In this document: positions 18,389 through 28,137 of the stretch, in pieces
How the letters are laid out: each line of letters opens with the position of its first letter
How positions within the stretch are numbered: position 1 is the stretch's first letter
Assembly (NCBI GenBank): GCA_947632115.1
Contig: CANROB010000001.1
Coordinates: forward strand, 26,161-90,160
Source: an uncultured Bacilli bacterium
GTDB lineage: Bacteria; Bacillota_I; Bacilli_A; RF39; UBA660
Length of the DNA stretch: 64,000 bases
Direction: 5' to 3'
Notes under the pieces: model-generated
The model's database searches: none
What the model was told of the DNA's origin: nothing
Seen by the model: the letters and a program-made list of their open reading frames with translations, nothing else
Program-made: the position numbers and the translations under genes

Positions 18389-21300
18389 ATGTTTGTGAGC
18401 AATGAAGATAATAAGAAAAAGCAAACAGGAAATAGACGTGTAAATAGTAAGTCTAATACTACGAAAAATACTGCTAATGCTAAAAACACTGCAAATAATG
18501 TAAGTAGTAAACCTCCTGTTGCTAGAGAGATTAGTGCTAATCAAACACCGAAAAGAGAACCTAGTTCTATTCGTCAAGAAGTTGCTGTTCCAAAGAAGAA
18601 AAAATCAAATGGAAAAGCGATAGAGTTAGGAGTTATCTTTATTCTATTGGTTGTGTTAATTCTTCTCTTATTGTCATTCTGCCATAAGGATAGCTATGAA
18701 GTATCTTTTATGTCTGACGGAAAAGAATATACTTCAGATACAGTTCGTAAAGGTAGCGACTTAGAAGAACCAGAAGCTCCTACAAAAGAGGGATATAAAT
18801 TCTTAGGTTGGTATCTTGATGGTGAAAAGTATGATTTCAGTAAAGAAGTAACAAAAGATATGAAGCTCGAAGCAAAATGGCAAATCAATACCTATACTGT
18901 AACAATTGATGACGGTATGGGAAATGTTACAAAACAAGAAATAGAGTATAATCAAAAAGTAAAAGAACCATCCGTTTCTGAGAGAAAAGGATATCATTTA
19001 GATGGATGGTATGTAAAAAATAATAAATTCGATTTTAGCAAAGGAATTAAAGAGGATATCACTATCGAAGCAAGATGGCTTGAAAACGAGAAAGTAAGTT
19101 ATCGTGTAGAGCATTATCTTATGGGATTAGATGGAGAATATGACTCTTATGATAAAGTAGATTTACTATCAGAGTATAAAGGAAGTACGGTTACCCCTAG
19201 TACGCATAATTATACTGGATTTAAGACTCCTAGTAGAACTACCGTTGAATTAGCAGATGATGGAAGCACGGTTGTTAAATATTATTATTCTAGAAATAAA
19301 TATACCTTAACCTTAAAAGGCGATGAGGGTGTTTCTTCTCTTAAAGGAAAAGGAACTTATTACTATGGTGAAAAAGTCACTGTTGATGCGAGTGTTAAAG
19401 AAGGATTTAAATTTGCTGGTTGGTCTTCTAAAGTAGTAAAAGGAAACTATACTATGCCAGCATCTAATGTTACTTTAACAGCGAAAACTAATCCAATTGA
19501 GTATACGATTGTTTATACCGATGGTGTGAATGTTAAAGAAGAAAAACATAAATATACGGATGTCTTCCAATTAGCTGGTGGAGATTTATTCCAAAAAGAA
19601 TATCGTATTAGTTATGATTATGGATACGGTAGTACAGTTGATGTAGAATCACCAAAAGCTACTTATGATAGTTGGATTCAAGATGAAAACATGACTTATG
19701 ATTTAGAGGAGAAAGTATCTAAATTAACGACAGTAGATGGAGATAAAATTACTCTTACTTTAAAATGGAGTTATCCAACTCTTAAGACTATCGAAAGAGA
19801 TTATTATGATTTCTTGGGATGGGTAGATAAAGAGGGAAATCCTGTTACTGAGATTAATGAAAAAACGCCACAAAATTTAGAACTTACGGCTACTTGGAAA
19901 GTATCTAATAATACGATTGTCTTTGAATCAAATGGTGGATCTTTTGTTACACCTTTAACCGGAGAAACTGGTGATCCTGTAGAGAAACCTAAAGATCCAA
20001 CAAGAGTAGGATACACATTTGCGGGATGGTATAGTGATTCAGAACTTAGTCAAGAATATGAATTTACAACCATTCCAGAAGAAGGAATTACGGTTTATGC
20101 TAAATGGGATATTATTCATTATAATTTAACATTTGATGAAACTTCTTATGAAAAGTGTGAAGACTGTGATTCTGTACCTAACACTTACACCGTAGAAGAT
20201 GAACCAATTCAGTTACCAACACCAGTAAAAGAAGGATATACTTTTGCAGGATGGGCTTACGAAGTAGAAAATGATGAAACAGGAGAAAAGGAAGAAGTAA
20301 ATGTAGGTACAAAGTTTACTGTTCGTCCAGAGAATACTGAGTTAAAGGCTATTTGGACATACGAATTAGTTCTTGATCCTAAGGGTGGTACTTTAGTAGA
20401 AGGAAAAGAAGTACCAACGATTACTTTCTACTATGGAAAAGATAATAGCATTCCAACCGGTGATTTTTATGAAAAAGAAATCAAAGTTACTTGGAAGTTT
20501 GATGAAAGTAACCAAACAGTAGATACTTATCACCCAACAGTAAAATGTTGGAAAGTAGGAGAGTCTTGTTACACGCCAGGACAAACAGTAAATAATACTT
20601 TTACTCCTGTTAATGGCAAAGTAACACTAGAAGCTACTTATGAAGTTACCATTGAAAAGTTAAAGACAGGAACCAAAGAAGGAAAAGTTCTTGGTGATTG
20701 GTTAAAAGAAGAGGAAAAAGTAACAGAACCTCTTAAGGTATCAGAAGATACAGTTTTAACTGCTAAATGGTATGATGAAATGACTTTAAAAACTTTTGAT
20801 GAGAAAATAAAAGCTACTTTAAGTGATTTTACGACTAGTGTAAATACGAAGACCAATACCGTTTTTGTAGAGGCAGAAGAAAATAAAAAGGCCACCGAAG
20901 GTTTAGAAAATCTTGTAAAAAATATTGCTTCATTAATTAAAGATGCGACGGTTGATGAAATCGATCTTATCTATGGCGGAGAAACTTTTGCCTTAGATAC
21001 GAACAATGATGAGTCTATTACTACTGCCATAAAGAATGCGCTTAATAAAATATTAAATACTCAGAATAATAATCTTGACAGTAAGACAATGAAAGATTTA
21101 GATGGAAAAGAAATTTCTGTCAAAGTTACTTTAGGGGATGAATACAGAACTTCTTCTGGAGCAAAAGAATTTACTTATCATCTTCACTTTGGTAAGAAGG
21201 CTATTGCTAGTGAAACATTTAATGCAGCTGCTAAAAACATTATGGAAAGTAATATCAATAGTCAAGGAAAGAAATTAGAGAAATACATATTATCTGTTCA

Positions 21301-21766
21301 GGATAATCAATTAACATTCTCTTTCTATCATGGCACAAATACAGTATATGAGACTTGTATGAGTGCTGGATTAAAGACTGCTTTCCAAAATCTATTTAAG
21401 ATAGAGGGAATTGAATATGTTACTTTAACATTTACAAATCCATCTGGAAAAGTCATGACGGTAGATGCAAATGCTGATAATGTTTCAGAAGCTCATTGGT
21501 TAGACTTTGCTATTGGCTTCTTAGATCCGTTTGAAGAAGCTATTGGAAAAGATGCTTTTAAACTAACGAATGATGATTTAAAGTTATTTACAGAGACAAA
21601 AGGAGCTCTTATGGTAGAGGTACATACTTCTCCTGATTACAAGTTTGGAGAAGGATTTACGAAAGTAGAAACGGATAAAGAGGATGGTACCCAATACCTT
21701 TCTTATGAAATTAAGTTTGCGCCAGTACAAACAGAATCAGCTCCTAATGCAGGAGAAGGAAACTAG
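18389..21766 (+). CDS. Giant (1125 aa) type-II membrane-anchored Flg_new-repeat surface protein, paralog 3, with the same conserved C-terminal domain.
   Basis: There is a 90-aa basic cytoplasmic tail and a TM segment LGVIFILLVVLILLLLSF. EEPEAPTKEGYKFLGWY is identical to paralog 1 over 11 aa. Flg_new repeats and YRVEHYL modules are present. The C-terminus is GLKTAFQNLF…SPDYKFGEGFTKVE…YEIKF. Confidence 0.8.
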   Translation: MFVSNEDNKKKQTGNRRVNSKSNTTKNTANAKNTANNVSSKPPVAREISANQTPKREPSSIRQEVAVPKKKKSNGKAIELGVIFILLVVLILLLLSFCHKDSYEVSFMSDGKEYTSDTVRKGSDLEEPEAPTKEGYKFLGWYLDGEKYDFSKEVTKDMKLEAKWQINTYTVTIDDGMGNVTKQEIEYNQKVKEPSVSERKGYHLDGWYVKNNKFDFSKGIKEDITIEARWLENEKVSYRVEHYLMGLDGEYDSYDKVDLLSEYKGSTVTPSTHNYTGFKTPSRTTVELADDGSTVVKYYYSRNKYTLTLKGDEGVSSLKGKGTYYYGEKVTVDASVKEGFKFAGWSSKVVKGNYTMPASNVTLTAKTNPIEYTIVYTDGVNVKEEKHKYTDVFQLAGGDLFQKEYRISYDYGYGSTVDVESPKATYDSWIQDENMTYDLEEKVSKLTTVDGDKITLTLKWSYPTLKTIERDYYDFLGWVDKEGNPVTEINEKTPQNLELTATWKVSNNTIVFESNGGSFVTPLTGETGDPVEKPKDPTRVGYTFAGWYSDSELSQEYEFTTIPEEGITVYAKWDIIHYNLTFDETSYEKCEDCDSVPNTYTVEDEPIQLPTPVKEGYTFAGWAYEVENDETGEKEEVNVGTKFTVRPENTELKAIWTYELVLDPKGGTLVEGKEVPTITFYYGKDNSIPTGDFYEKEIKVTWKFDESNQTVDTYHPTVKCWKVGESCYTPGQTVNNTFTPVNGKVTLEATYEVTIEKLKTGTKEGKVLGDWLKEEEKVTEPLKVSEDTVLTAKWYDEMTLKTFDEKIKATLSDFTTSVNTKTNTVFVEAEENKKATEGLENLVKNIASLIKDATVDEIDLIYGGETFALDTNNDESITTAIKNALNKILNTQNNNLDSKTMKDLDGKEISVKVTLGDEYRTSSGAKEFTYHLHFGKKAIASETFNAAAKNIMESNINSQGKKLEKYILSVQDNQLTFSFYHGTNTVYETCMSAGLKTAFQNLFKIEGIEYVTLTFTNPSGKVMTVDANADNVSEAHWLDFAIGFLDPFEEAIGKDAFKLTNDDLKLFTETKGALMVEVHTSPDYKFGEGFTKVETDKEDGTQYLSYEIKFAPVQTESAPNAGEGN

Positions 21767-21801
21767 GAAACTAGTTTCTTTTTTCTTTTCCTTTATTTTT
21801 G

Positions 21802-21925
21802 TTGACAAATAAAGGGTAATGTGTTAAAATTTATAACTGTGTAGAGCCTCATTCTACAACCGCGCAGAGAGGAGTATATGAGAAGGACCTTGATGGCGAG
21901 TCTGAGATTTTAAAAGGAGGATAAT
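21802..21925 (+). promoter_or_regulatory. rplU promoter (TTGACA, 17-nt spacer, TG-n-TAAAAT) plus a roughly 90-nt structured leader, likely the ribosomal protein L21 leader autoregulatory element.
   Basis: -35 ttgaca at 21802-21807 and an extended -10 tgttaaaat at 21822-21830. The leader contains short stems such as gtaga/tctac. Its position matches the B. subtilis L21 leader upstream of rplU-ysxB-rpmA. Confidence 0.45.
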
Positions 21926-22228
21926 ATGAAAGCAGTTATTGAGACTGGGGGAAAACAATACTTAGTTGAAGAAGGAACTGTACTTTACGTTGAAAAATTA
22001 GACGAAGAAGCAGGAAAAACTGTTACTTTTGACAAAGTTTTAATGGTAAATGATAAAGTAGGTCAACCTTATTTAGCTGGAGCTGTTGTTACAGGTGAAG
22101 TTGTAAAACACGGTAAGACGAAAAAAGTAATTGTTTATAAGTATAATCAAAAGAAGAATTACCGTAGAAAACAAGGACATCGTCAACCATATACAAAAGT
22201 AGAAATTAAGAGTATTAAAGTAAAATAG
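21926..22228 (+). CDS. rplU: 50S ribosomal protein L21.
   Basis: [17 protein letters not shown]…[23 protein letters not shown] is the typical bL21 sequence. Confidence 0.9.
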   Translation: MKAVIETGGKQYLVEEGTVLYVEKLDEEAGKTVTFDKVLMVNDKVGQPYLAGAVVTGEVVKHGKTKKVIVYKYNQKKNYRRKQGHRQPYTKVEIKSIKVK

Positions 22229-22229
22229 T

Positions 22230-22535
22230 ATGACTACCATAACTATAAAGAAAAAAGATGATAAATATCATTATATAAGAGTAGAGGGACATACAGAATA
22301 TGCTGATGAGGGGTATGATATTGTATGTGCTTCCATATCTTGTATTTGTATTACAACCATAAATGCTTTAATAAGTATTGATGAGGAATGCGTTGTATAT
22401 ACAGAAAAAGATGGATTTTTAGAAATTGGTATCATGAAACACAGTGATGTGATTGATAAACTAATTGAAAATATGTTAAGTTTACTAAGACAACTTGCTC
22501 ATGATTACCCAAACTTTATAAAGATATTAAGATAG
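22230..22535 (+). CDS. prp: Ribosomal-processing cysteine protease Prp (YsxB-like).
   Basis: It lies between rplU and rpmA. The motif [18 protein letters not shown] contains the catalytic Cys context. Length is about 100 aa. Confidence 0.8.
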   Translation: MTTITIKKKDDKYHYIRVEGHTEYADEGYDIVCASISCICITTINALISIDEECVVYTEKDGFLEIGIMKHSDVIDKLIENMLSLLRQLAHDYPNFIKILR

Positions 22536-22548
22536 GAGGTGCTCATCG

Positions 22549-22836
22549 ATGAAATTGATGACATTAAATATCCAATTATTTGCCCATAAAAAAGGTCAAG
22601 GTTCCACAAAAAACGGACGTGACTCTATCTCTAAGAGATTGGGTGCGAAAGCTGCTGATGGAGAATATGTATCAGGTGGATCTATTCTTTATCGTCAAAG
22701 AGGAACTAAAATTTATCCAGGTACAAATGTAGGTATTGGTAAAGATGATACTGTTTATGCTAAAATTAGTGGATATGTAAAATTTGAACGCGTTGGAAAA
22801 GATAGAAAACAAGTAAGCGTTTATCCAGAAATGTAA
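22549..22836 (+). CDS. rpmA: 50S ribosomal protein L27 with an N-terminal propeptide cleaved by Prp.
   Basis: The N-terminal extension [12 protein letters not shown]|[14 protein letters not shown] has the cleavage site before the AHKKG core of bL27. Confidence 0.9.
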   Translation: MKLMTLNIQLFAHKKGQGSTKNGRDSISKRLGAKAADGEYVSGGSILYRQRGTKIYPGTNVGIGKDDTVYAKISGYVKFERVGKDRKQVSVYPEM

Positions 22837-22922
22837 AAATAGGCGATGCCTATTTTTCTTATGGGTTGACTTTCTTAGTTGTTTTATTATATAATGATGT
22901 AATTTCGGTTAGGGGTGTTAAC

Positions 22923-23570
22923 ATGAAAAAAAATATTGTATTAGAAACAACCGATTTTTGTTATCACACACCAGATTTAGATGTTTATCATATAGGGAAT
23001 CATCGTATTCGCATTTTTCAAAAAGTGAAAGAATTTATTTCTGAAAACACTTGTTTACAAGTTTCTAAAATAGAAACAAAATCCATTTTACTTCCTAGAT
23101 ATCCTATTTATCGCGATGGGGTTTATTGTGGAATAGCTACAAAATGGAAAACAGGAGATTGGATTTCTTCTTTTGGGTATAATGAACGTTTTTTAAAACA
23201 ATCCCTCATGAAAATGAAAGAAGAAATTCTTTATTTATCTCATCTTGGCTATGATTTAGTCGATATGCCATTTTATTGCTCTTTTTCTAATGGTCGAGAT
23301 TTAACTTTTGATGGAGCGTATCACCTAAGAGAAAGCTCTCTTACGGAGGAAGCACTTGAAAAGAAAAATAATGATTTATTTGATGGATATCTTTGTGATT
23401 TAATCTATAATGCTATGAGTGAATTTGGAATGGAATCTGATGTGGTTATTACTTATTTATGTGAGATGGAAGGCACTTCTTACGAAAATTTATTAAGTAT
23501 TTTAAAAGAAGGAAAACCAGCTGGATATCGAATTAAAGAAGATATTGAAGAAAAGGTGTTGGGATTATAA
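22923..23570 (+). CDS. Hypothetical cytoplasmic protein. It occupies the position held by spo0B/obg in B. subtilis.
   Basis: The ATG at 22923 (MKKNIVLETTDF…) is preceded by an AGGGGTG RBS. No recognisable motifs were found. Confidence 0.4.
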   Translation: MKKNIVLETTDFCYHTPDLDVYHIGNHRIRIFQKVKEFISENTCLQVSKIETKSILLPRYPIYRDGVYCGIATKWKTGDWISSFGYNERFLKQSLMKMKEEILYLSHLGYDLVDMPFYCSFSNGRDLTFDGAYHLRESSLTEEALEKKNNDLFDGYLCDLIYNAMSEFGMESDVVITYLCEMEGTSYENLLSILKEGKPAGYRIKEDIEEKVLGL

Positions 23571-24406
23571 TGCCAGAATTACCAGAAGTAGAAACGGTAA
23601 GAAGAACTTTAGAACGTTATTTGATAGGACGAAGGATAAAAAGCATTTTTATTTATTACTCAAAGATACTTGCTAATCAAACAAAAGAGAATTTTATAAA
23701 ATCTCTTCAAGATGAGAAAATAGAGGCAATTACAAGAAGAGGGAAGTGGCTTATTTTTCACTTAGAACATTATGAATTATTGAGCCATTTAAGGATGGAA
23801 GGAAAGTATTTTTTAAAAGATCCTGAAGAAGAGTTAAATAAACATGAACATGTTGTATTTTTATTAGATAATGGAAAAGAGTTACGCTATCAGGATACTC
23901 GTAAATTTGGACGCCTTTATTTATTCCCTAAAGGGACTTGTTTTGATGAAAAACCATTAAAAGATGTTGGATATGAACCTTGGGATAAATGCCTAAAAGA
24001 GGCCTATTTAAAGGAAAAATGGAAGGGTAAGAAAATTCCTATTAAAACGGCTTTACTAGATCAAAGTGTGATAGCAGGTATTGGAAATATTTATGCAGAT
24101 GAAATTCTATTTGTCAGTCATATCCATCCTTTAAAACTCTCATCACAACTTACTAAAGATCAATGTCGAAGTATTATTGAAAGTACGAGAATGATTTTAG
24201 GAGAAGCTATTTCTATGGGAGGAACAACGATTCGAAGTTACGAGCCAGAAAAGGGTGTTCATGGTAGATTTCAACAACAACTATTGGTCCATAATCAATC
24301 TAAGTGTAAAGTGTGTGGAACTACTATTGAAAGAATAGTTGTGGGAGGAAGAAGCACCTATTTCTGTCCAAATTGTCAAAGAAAAGGGAAGAAGGAAAGC
24401 AAGTAA
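23570..24406 (+). CDS. mutM: Formamidopyrimidine-DNA glycosylase (Fpg/MutM).
   Basis: The N-terminus MPELPEVETVRR is invariant in Fpg. The C-terminal zinc finger is CKVCGTTIERIVVGGRSTYFCPNCQ. Confidence 0.9.
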   Translation: MPELPEVETVRRTLERYLIGRRIKSIFIYYSKILANQTKENFIKSLQDEKIEAITRRGKWLIFHLEHYELLSHLRMEGKYFLKDPEEELNKHEHVVFLLDNGKELRYQDTRKFGRLYLFPKGTCFDEKPLKDVGYEPWDKCLKEAYLKEKWKGKKIPIKTALLDQSVIAGIGNIYADEILFVSHIHPLKLSSQLTKDQCRSIIESTRMILGEAISMGGTTIRSYEPEKGVHGRFQQQLLVHNQSKCKVCGTTIERIVVGGRSTYFCPNCQRKGKKESK

Positions 24407-24456
24407 TTGCTTCTTTTTTTTAGATGCGATATAATGAAGAAAACTAGGAGGATGCT

Positions 24457-25200
24457 ATGAAAAGTGAAAATATCAAAGAGATTCTTCTTTTTATTTCAGG
24501 ATTTTGTTTTCTTGTTTTTCTTGTGATTGTACTTTCTCTTTTGGTACTACCATCATATCCTAAAAAGAAAAATCAACAGGATGTTAGTCAAGAAAGAATT
24601 ATTTTCTATCAAGAAGGAATGAATAAATACGAGGTTCATCAAGAAGAAAGTAATATTGAGGTCTTTGTAGAAGAGCAAGTAGAGTGTATAAAGTCACCAT
24701 GTAATCCTATCCATTATCAGTTTTCTATTTCTTTTTCAGAGGAAGGAAAAAAGGAGGCACTTCGCCTTATTGATTCTCTTTTCCAAGGAGAAGAAAAGGA
24801 AATAACTATTACGAAGGATCAATTATCAGAAACGGATCAAAAAGTATGGAATAGTATCCTTACAAATGAAGAGTGGTCTTCTTCCGCCAAAAAACTTTAT
24901 TTTAGTATTCAATCTGCTAGAATCGATTGTGATACCGTTATTTTAAAGTTATACGAAGATCAAACATATGAATATATCTATGGTAGTAAGAATGGAACTT
25001 TAGTAAGTAAAACAGGTACTTATTCTCTACCAATTTCTTTTTTAGAAGATAGTAGAAATGAAATACCAGATAGTATTGGTCCTTACCGAATTACCTTTCC
25101 TTCTGGAGAAGAAAAATTCCTTTATGATAATACTTCTTCTATTCATCCATTTTTTACAAATTTAGGAATCAATCCAGATACTTGTTTAGAACTTTTTTAA
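24457..25200 (+). CDS. Hypothetical protein with an N-terminal signal-anchor TM segment.
   Basis: The N-terminal hydrophobic helix is ILLFISGFCFLVFLVIVLSLLVL. No family motif was found. Confidence 0.4.
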   Translation: MKSENIKEILLFISGFCFLVFLVIVLSLLVLPSYPKKKNQQDVSQERIIFYQEGMNKYEVHQEESNIEVFVEEQVECIKSPCNPIHYQFSISFSEEGKKEALRLIDSLFQGEEKEITITKDQLSETDQKVWNSILTNEEWSSSAKKLYFSIQSARIDCDTVILKLYEDQTYEYIYGSKNGTLVSKTGTYSLPISFLEDSRNEIPDSIGPYRITFPSGEEKFLYDNTSSIHPFFTNLGINPDTCLELF

Positions 25201-25569
25201 AAAAATAGGAAGTGCCAAAATCAGGCACTTTTTTAATTCTTTAAAAAAAGAATTTTAAAACGTTTGTTTGCCCTTATTTTTCAAAGAATCAAAATTTCAA
25301 AAAAGCAAAAAATGAAAAAAATGAAGAAAACAAAAATTGAAAAAACCAATTTTTTGAAAAAATAAAAAAATAACAAAAATAAAAGATTTTTAAAAAAACT
25401 ATTGAAAATAAAGGAAAATAAAGACTTGACGCGTCAAAAATACGCGGATGACAAAAAAAGAAAAAAATGAAAAATTAAAAAATGTAAATTTTTTGAAAAT
25501 GAATTTTTTATAAATAAACACAAAAAGGTAACATCATGCAAAAACCACTCAAAAAGTGATCAAAAACTA

Positions 25570-25598
25570 TTGATTTCTGTGAATTAAGAAGAGTATAA
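25570..25598 (+). promoter_or_regulatory. nrdD promoter (TTGATT, 17-nt spacer, TATAAT), preceded by a roughly 330-bp extremely A-rich tract.
   Basis: -35 ttgatt at 25570-25575 and -10 tataat at 25593-25598. The upstream region 25241-25560 is poly-A tract-rich and contains a TGTGAA half-site. Confidence 0.4.
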
Positions 25599-25625
25599 TT
25601 CTAGCTAGAAGGTAGGAGGATTAAG

Positions 25626-27938
25626 ATGTCAGATTCATATACAAAAATCACTCTTGACGTCATCAAGAGAAATGGCAAAAAAGTAGACTTTGATGCAAGT
25701 AAAATTGCTCTTGCTATTAAAAAAGGTTTTGATAGCGTAGTTACAACAAATGAAAATGCAGAGGAAGAAAGAAAGGTATATACCGGAAAAGACGTTAATA
25801 AAGTCTATTTAGGTGTCATTAAGGCAATTGAGAAAAAATATAAAGAGGAAGCCAAAATTAAAATTGAAGAAATTCAAGATTTAATTGAAGAAGAACTAGG
25901 TCGCCAAGGATATGACGATGTTCGTGCTTCTTTCTCAGAATATCGGGAAAGAAGAAATCAATCTCGGGAATTATTTTCAGATGACAAAAGACTTCATAAA
26001 TTTTTGAAAACTTTGGAAGGTCTTGGACTAAAATCTGCTAATGAAGATGATACCAAAAGAGAAAATGCGAATATCGATGGTGATAGCGCTATGGGAACGA
26101 TGCTTCAATATGGTAGTACCGTTTCTAAGGAATTCGCTAAAGCTTACTTAATGAAGAAAAGATTCAGTCAAGCTCATGATGAGGGAGATATCCACATTCA
26201 TGATATGGACTTCCTTGCTATGGGAACAACTACTTGTATGCAAATTGAACTTGACCGCTTATTTAAAAATGGCTTTTCAACAGGACATGGACATCTAAGA
26301 ACTCCTAATAGTATTGGTTCTTATAGTGCCCTTGCCGCTATTGCTATTCAATCTAATCAAAATGATCAACACGGAGGTCAATCTATTCCAGCTTTTGATT
26401 ATTATATGGCACCTGGTGTTTTGAAGACATTCAAAAAAGAGTTCAAACAACAAATTTATGATTTATTAGATTATGAAGATTTATTCCCATTTATCAATAT
26501 GGACCGCATTGCGAAAGAAATAGATAAATTACCTACTTTAGAATTTGATATTGATAGGTTTGAACCAATTTATCAAGATTCTGAACAAATTAAAAGATTG
26601 TTTGTAAAGTCTTATGAAAGAGCTTTTGCAAAAACGGATAGACAAACTTATCAAGCCATGGAAGCTTTTGTTCATAATTTAAATACAATGCATTCTAGAG
26701 CGGGAGCTCAAGTACCATTTTCATCTATTAACTTTGGTACGGATACTTCTGCTGAAGGAAGAATGGTTATCCGTAATTTCCTAGAGGCAACTTATGCTGG
26801 GTTAGGAAAAGGGGAAACACCAATTTTCCCAGTATCTATTTTTAAAGTAAAAGAAGGAGTCAATTACAATCCTACAGATCCAAACTATGATTTATTTAAA
26901 TTAGCTTGTAAGGTTTCTGCAAAAAGATTGTTCCCTAACTTCTCTTTCCTAGATGCTCCATTTAATTTAGAGTATTATAAACCAGGAGATTTCAGAACAG
27001 AAGTTGGATATATGGGATGCCGTACTCGTGTTATGGCAGATGTAACAGATTTAAATAATCAGACTACGGGTGGTCGTGGAAACCTATCTTTTACTTCTAT
27101 CAATTTGCCAAGACTTGGTATCAAACATGGTATTTGCTTACATGAAAGAGATAAGGCAGATATGAAAGGTTTCTATGAAGATCTAGGAGAAATGATGGAT
27201 TTAGTAAGAGATCAACTTCTTGAGAGATTTGAAATTCAATGTAACAAAAGAGTGTATAACTTCCCATTCTTGCTAGGTTCAGGAGTATGGACAGATGGAG
27301 ATAAATTAAAACCAACTGACCGTTTAAGAAAAATCTTAAAACATGGTACATTAACAATTGGATTTATTGGCCTTGCTGAAACTTTAAAGGCACTTATTGG
27401 AAAACATCATGGAGAAAGTGAAGAAGCTCAAAAGTTAGGCCTTGAAATCATTAAATTCATGAGAAATAGATGTACGGAATATTGTAAGAAATGGAATTTA
27501 AACTTCACATTGATTGCAACTCCTGCAGAGGGATTATCTGGAAGATTTGTAAATATTGATAAAGCCATTTATGGAAATATCAAAGGAGTAACGGATAGAA
27601 GTTATTATACGAATTCTTTCCATGTTCCAGTATATTACAATATTAGTATTAAGAAAAAAATTGAGTTAGAAGCACCATATCATGCTTTAACAAATGGTGG
27701 ACATATCTCTTATATCGAGTTAGATGGAGATACCGTTCAAAATGTAGAAGCATTTGAAAGTGTTATTCGCTTGATGAAAGAATCTGGAATTGGTTATGGA
27801 GCAATTAACCATCCAGTTGATCGAGATCCTGTATGTGGATATGTTGGGGTAATTGGTGATGTGTGCCCAGGATGTGGACGCAAAGAGTTTGAAACAGTAC
27901 CACTTGAAGAAATAAAATCATTAAATTGTGGATGTTAA
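25626..27938 (+). CDS. nrdD: Anaerobic ribonucleoside-triphosphate reductase (class III RNR) large polypeptide. It ends after the Zn-ribbon and lacks the glycyl-radical tail.
   Basis: The N-terminal ATP-cone is KITLDVIKRNGKKVDFDASKIALAIKKGF. Length is 770 aa. The C-terminal Zn-ribbon is NHPVDRDPVCGY…DVCPGCG…LNCGC, followed by a stop. Confidence 0.8.
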   Translation: MSDSYTKITLDVIKRNGKKVDFDASKIALAIKKGFDSVVTTNENAEEERKVYTGKDVNKVYLGVIKAIEKKYKEEAKIKIEEIQDLIEEELGRQGYDDVRASFSEYRERRNQSRELFSDDKRLHKFLKTLEGLGLKSANEDDTKRENANIDGDSAMGTMLQYGSTVSKEFAKAYLMKKRFSQAHDEGDIHIHDMDFLAMGTTTCMQIELDRLFKNGFSTGHGHLRTPNSIGSYSALAAIAIQSNQNDQHGGQSIPAFDYYMAPGVLKTFKKEFKQQIYDLLDYEDLFPFINMDRIAKEIDKLPTLEFDIDRFEPIYQDSEQIKRLFVKSYERAFAKTDRQTYQAMEAFVHNLNTMHSRAGAQVPFSSINFGTDTSAEGRMVIRNFLEATYAGLGKGETPIFPVSIFKVKEGVNYNPTDPNYDLFKLACKVSAKRLFPNFSFLDAPFNLEYYKPGDFRTEVGYMGCRTRVMADVTDLNNQTTGGRGNLSFTSINLPRLGIKHGICLHERDKADMKGFYEDLGEMMDLVRDQLLERFEIQCNKRVYNFPFLLGSGVWTDGDKLKPTDRLRKILKHGTLTIGFIGLAETLKALIGKHHGESEEAQKLGLEIIKFMRNRCTEYCKKWNLNFTLIATPAEGLSGRFVNIDKAIYGNIKGVTDRSYYTNSFHVPVYYNISIKKKIELEAPYHALTNGGHISYIELDGDTVQNVEAFESVIRLMKESGIGYGAINHPVDRDPVCGYVGVIGDVCPGCGRKEFETVPLEEIKSLNCGC

Positions 27939-27960
27939 AGAAAGAAGGAGGAATGATTTA

Positions 27961-28137
27961 TGGAAAAATTAGTTGGTGAAGGTGTAGGTTTTGAAAGAAT
28001 TAGAAGAGTAACAGGATATCTTTCAGGAGATGTAAAACGTTTTAACGATGGAAAGAGAGCAGAAGAAAAAGATAGAGTAAAACATTCTGGAATCAATGAA
28101 GTAAAAAGCTCTATGAAAGTCTGCTCAGAAGCAAAAT
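27961..28137 (+). CDS. Stand-alone NrdD glycyl-radical domain, a 58-aa GrcA-like small subunit of class III RNR.
   Basis: The motif FERIRRVTGYLSGDVKRFNDGKRAEEKDRVKH matches the NrdD C-terminal glycyl radical loop (RVxGYL…NxGKxxE…RVKH). It has its own RBS GAAGGAGGA 7 nt upstream. Stops in all three frames separate it from nrdD. Its stop overlaps the nrdG start (taATGa). Confidence 0.65.

Noticed and set aside
11023-21766. Diversity-generating retroelement (DGR) as the explanation for paralogous C-terminal variable regions.
   Set aside because: There is no reverse transcriptase gene and no template or variable repeat pair with adenine-specific mismatches. Divergence is spread over the whole module, not A-focused.
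25241-25560. Highly repetitive A-rich non-coding tract, checked as a possible CRISPR array or minisatellite.
   Set aside because: There are no regularly spaced direct repeats of 24-48 bp with unique spacers. It is just irregular poly-A runs, so it is better explained as curved promoter-upstream DNA.
27939-27960. Possibility that the nrdD/glycyl-radical split is a simple frameshift sequencing error.
   Set aside because: Stop codons are present in all three frames between the ORFs (taa, tga, tga), and a canonical RBS precedes the small ORF. A single indel cannot restore one frame. It is kept as a genuine split and reported as a finding.
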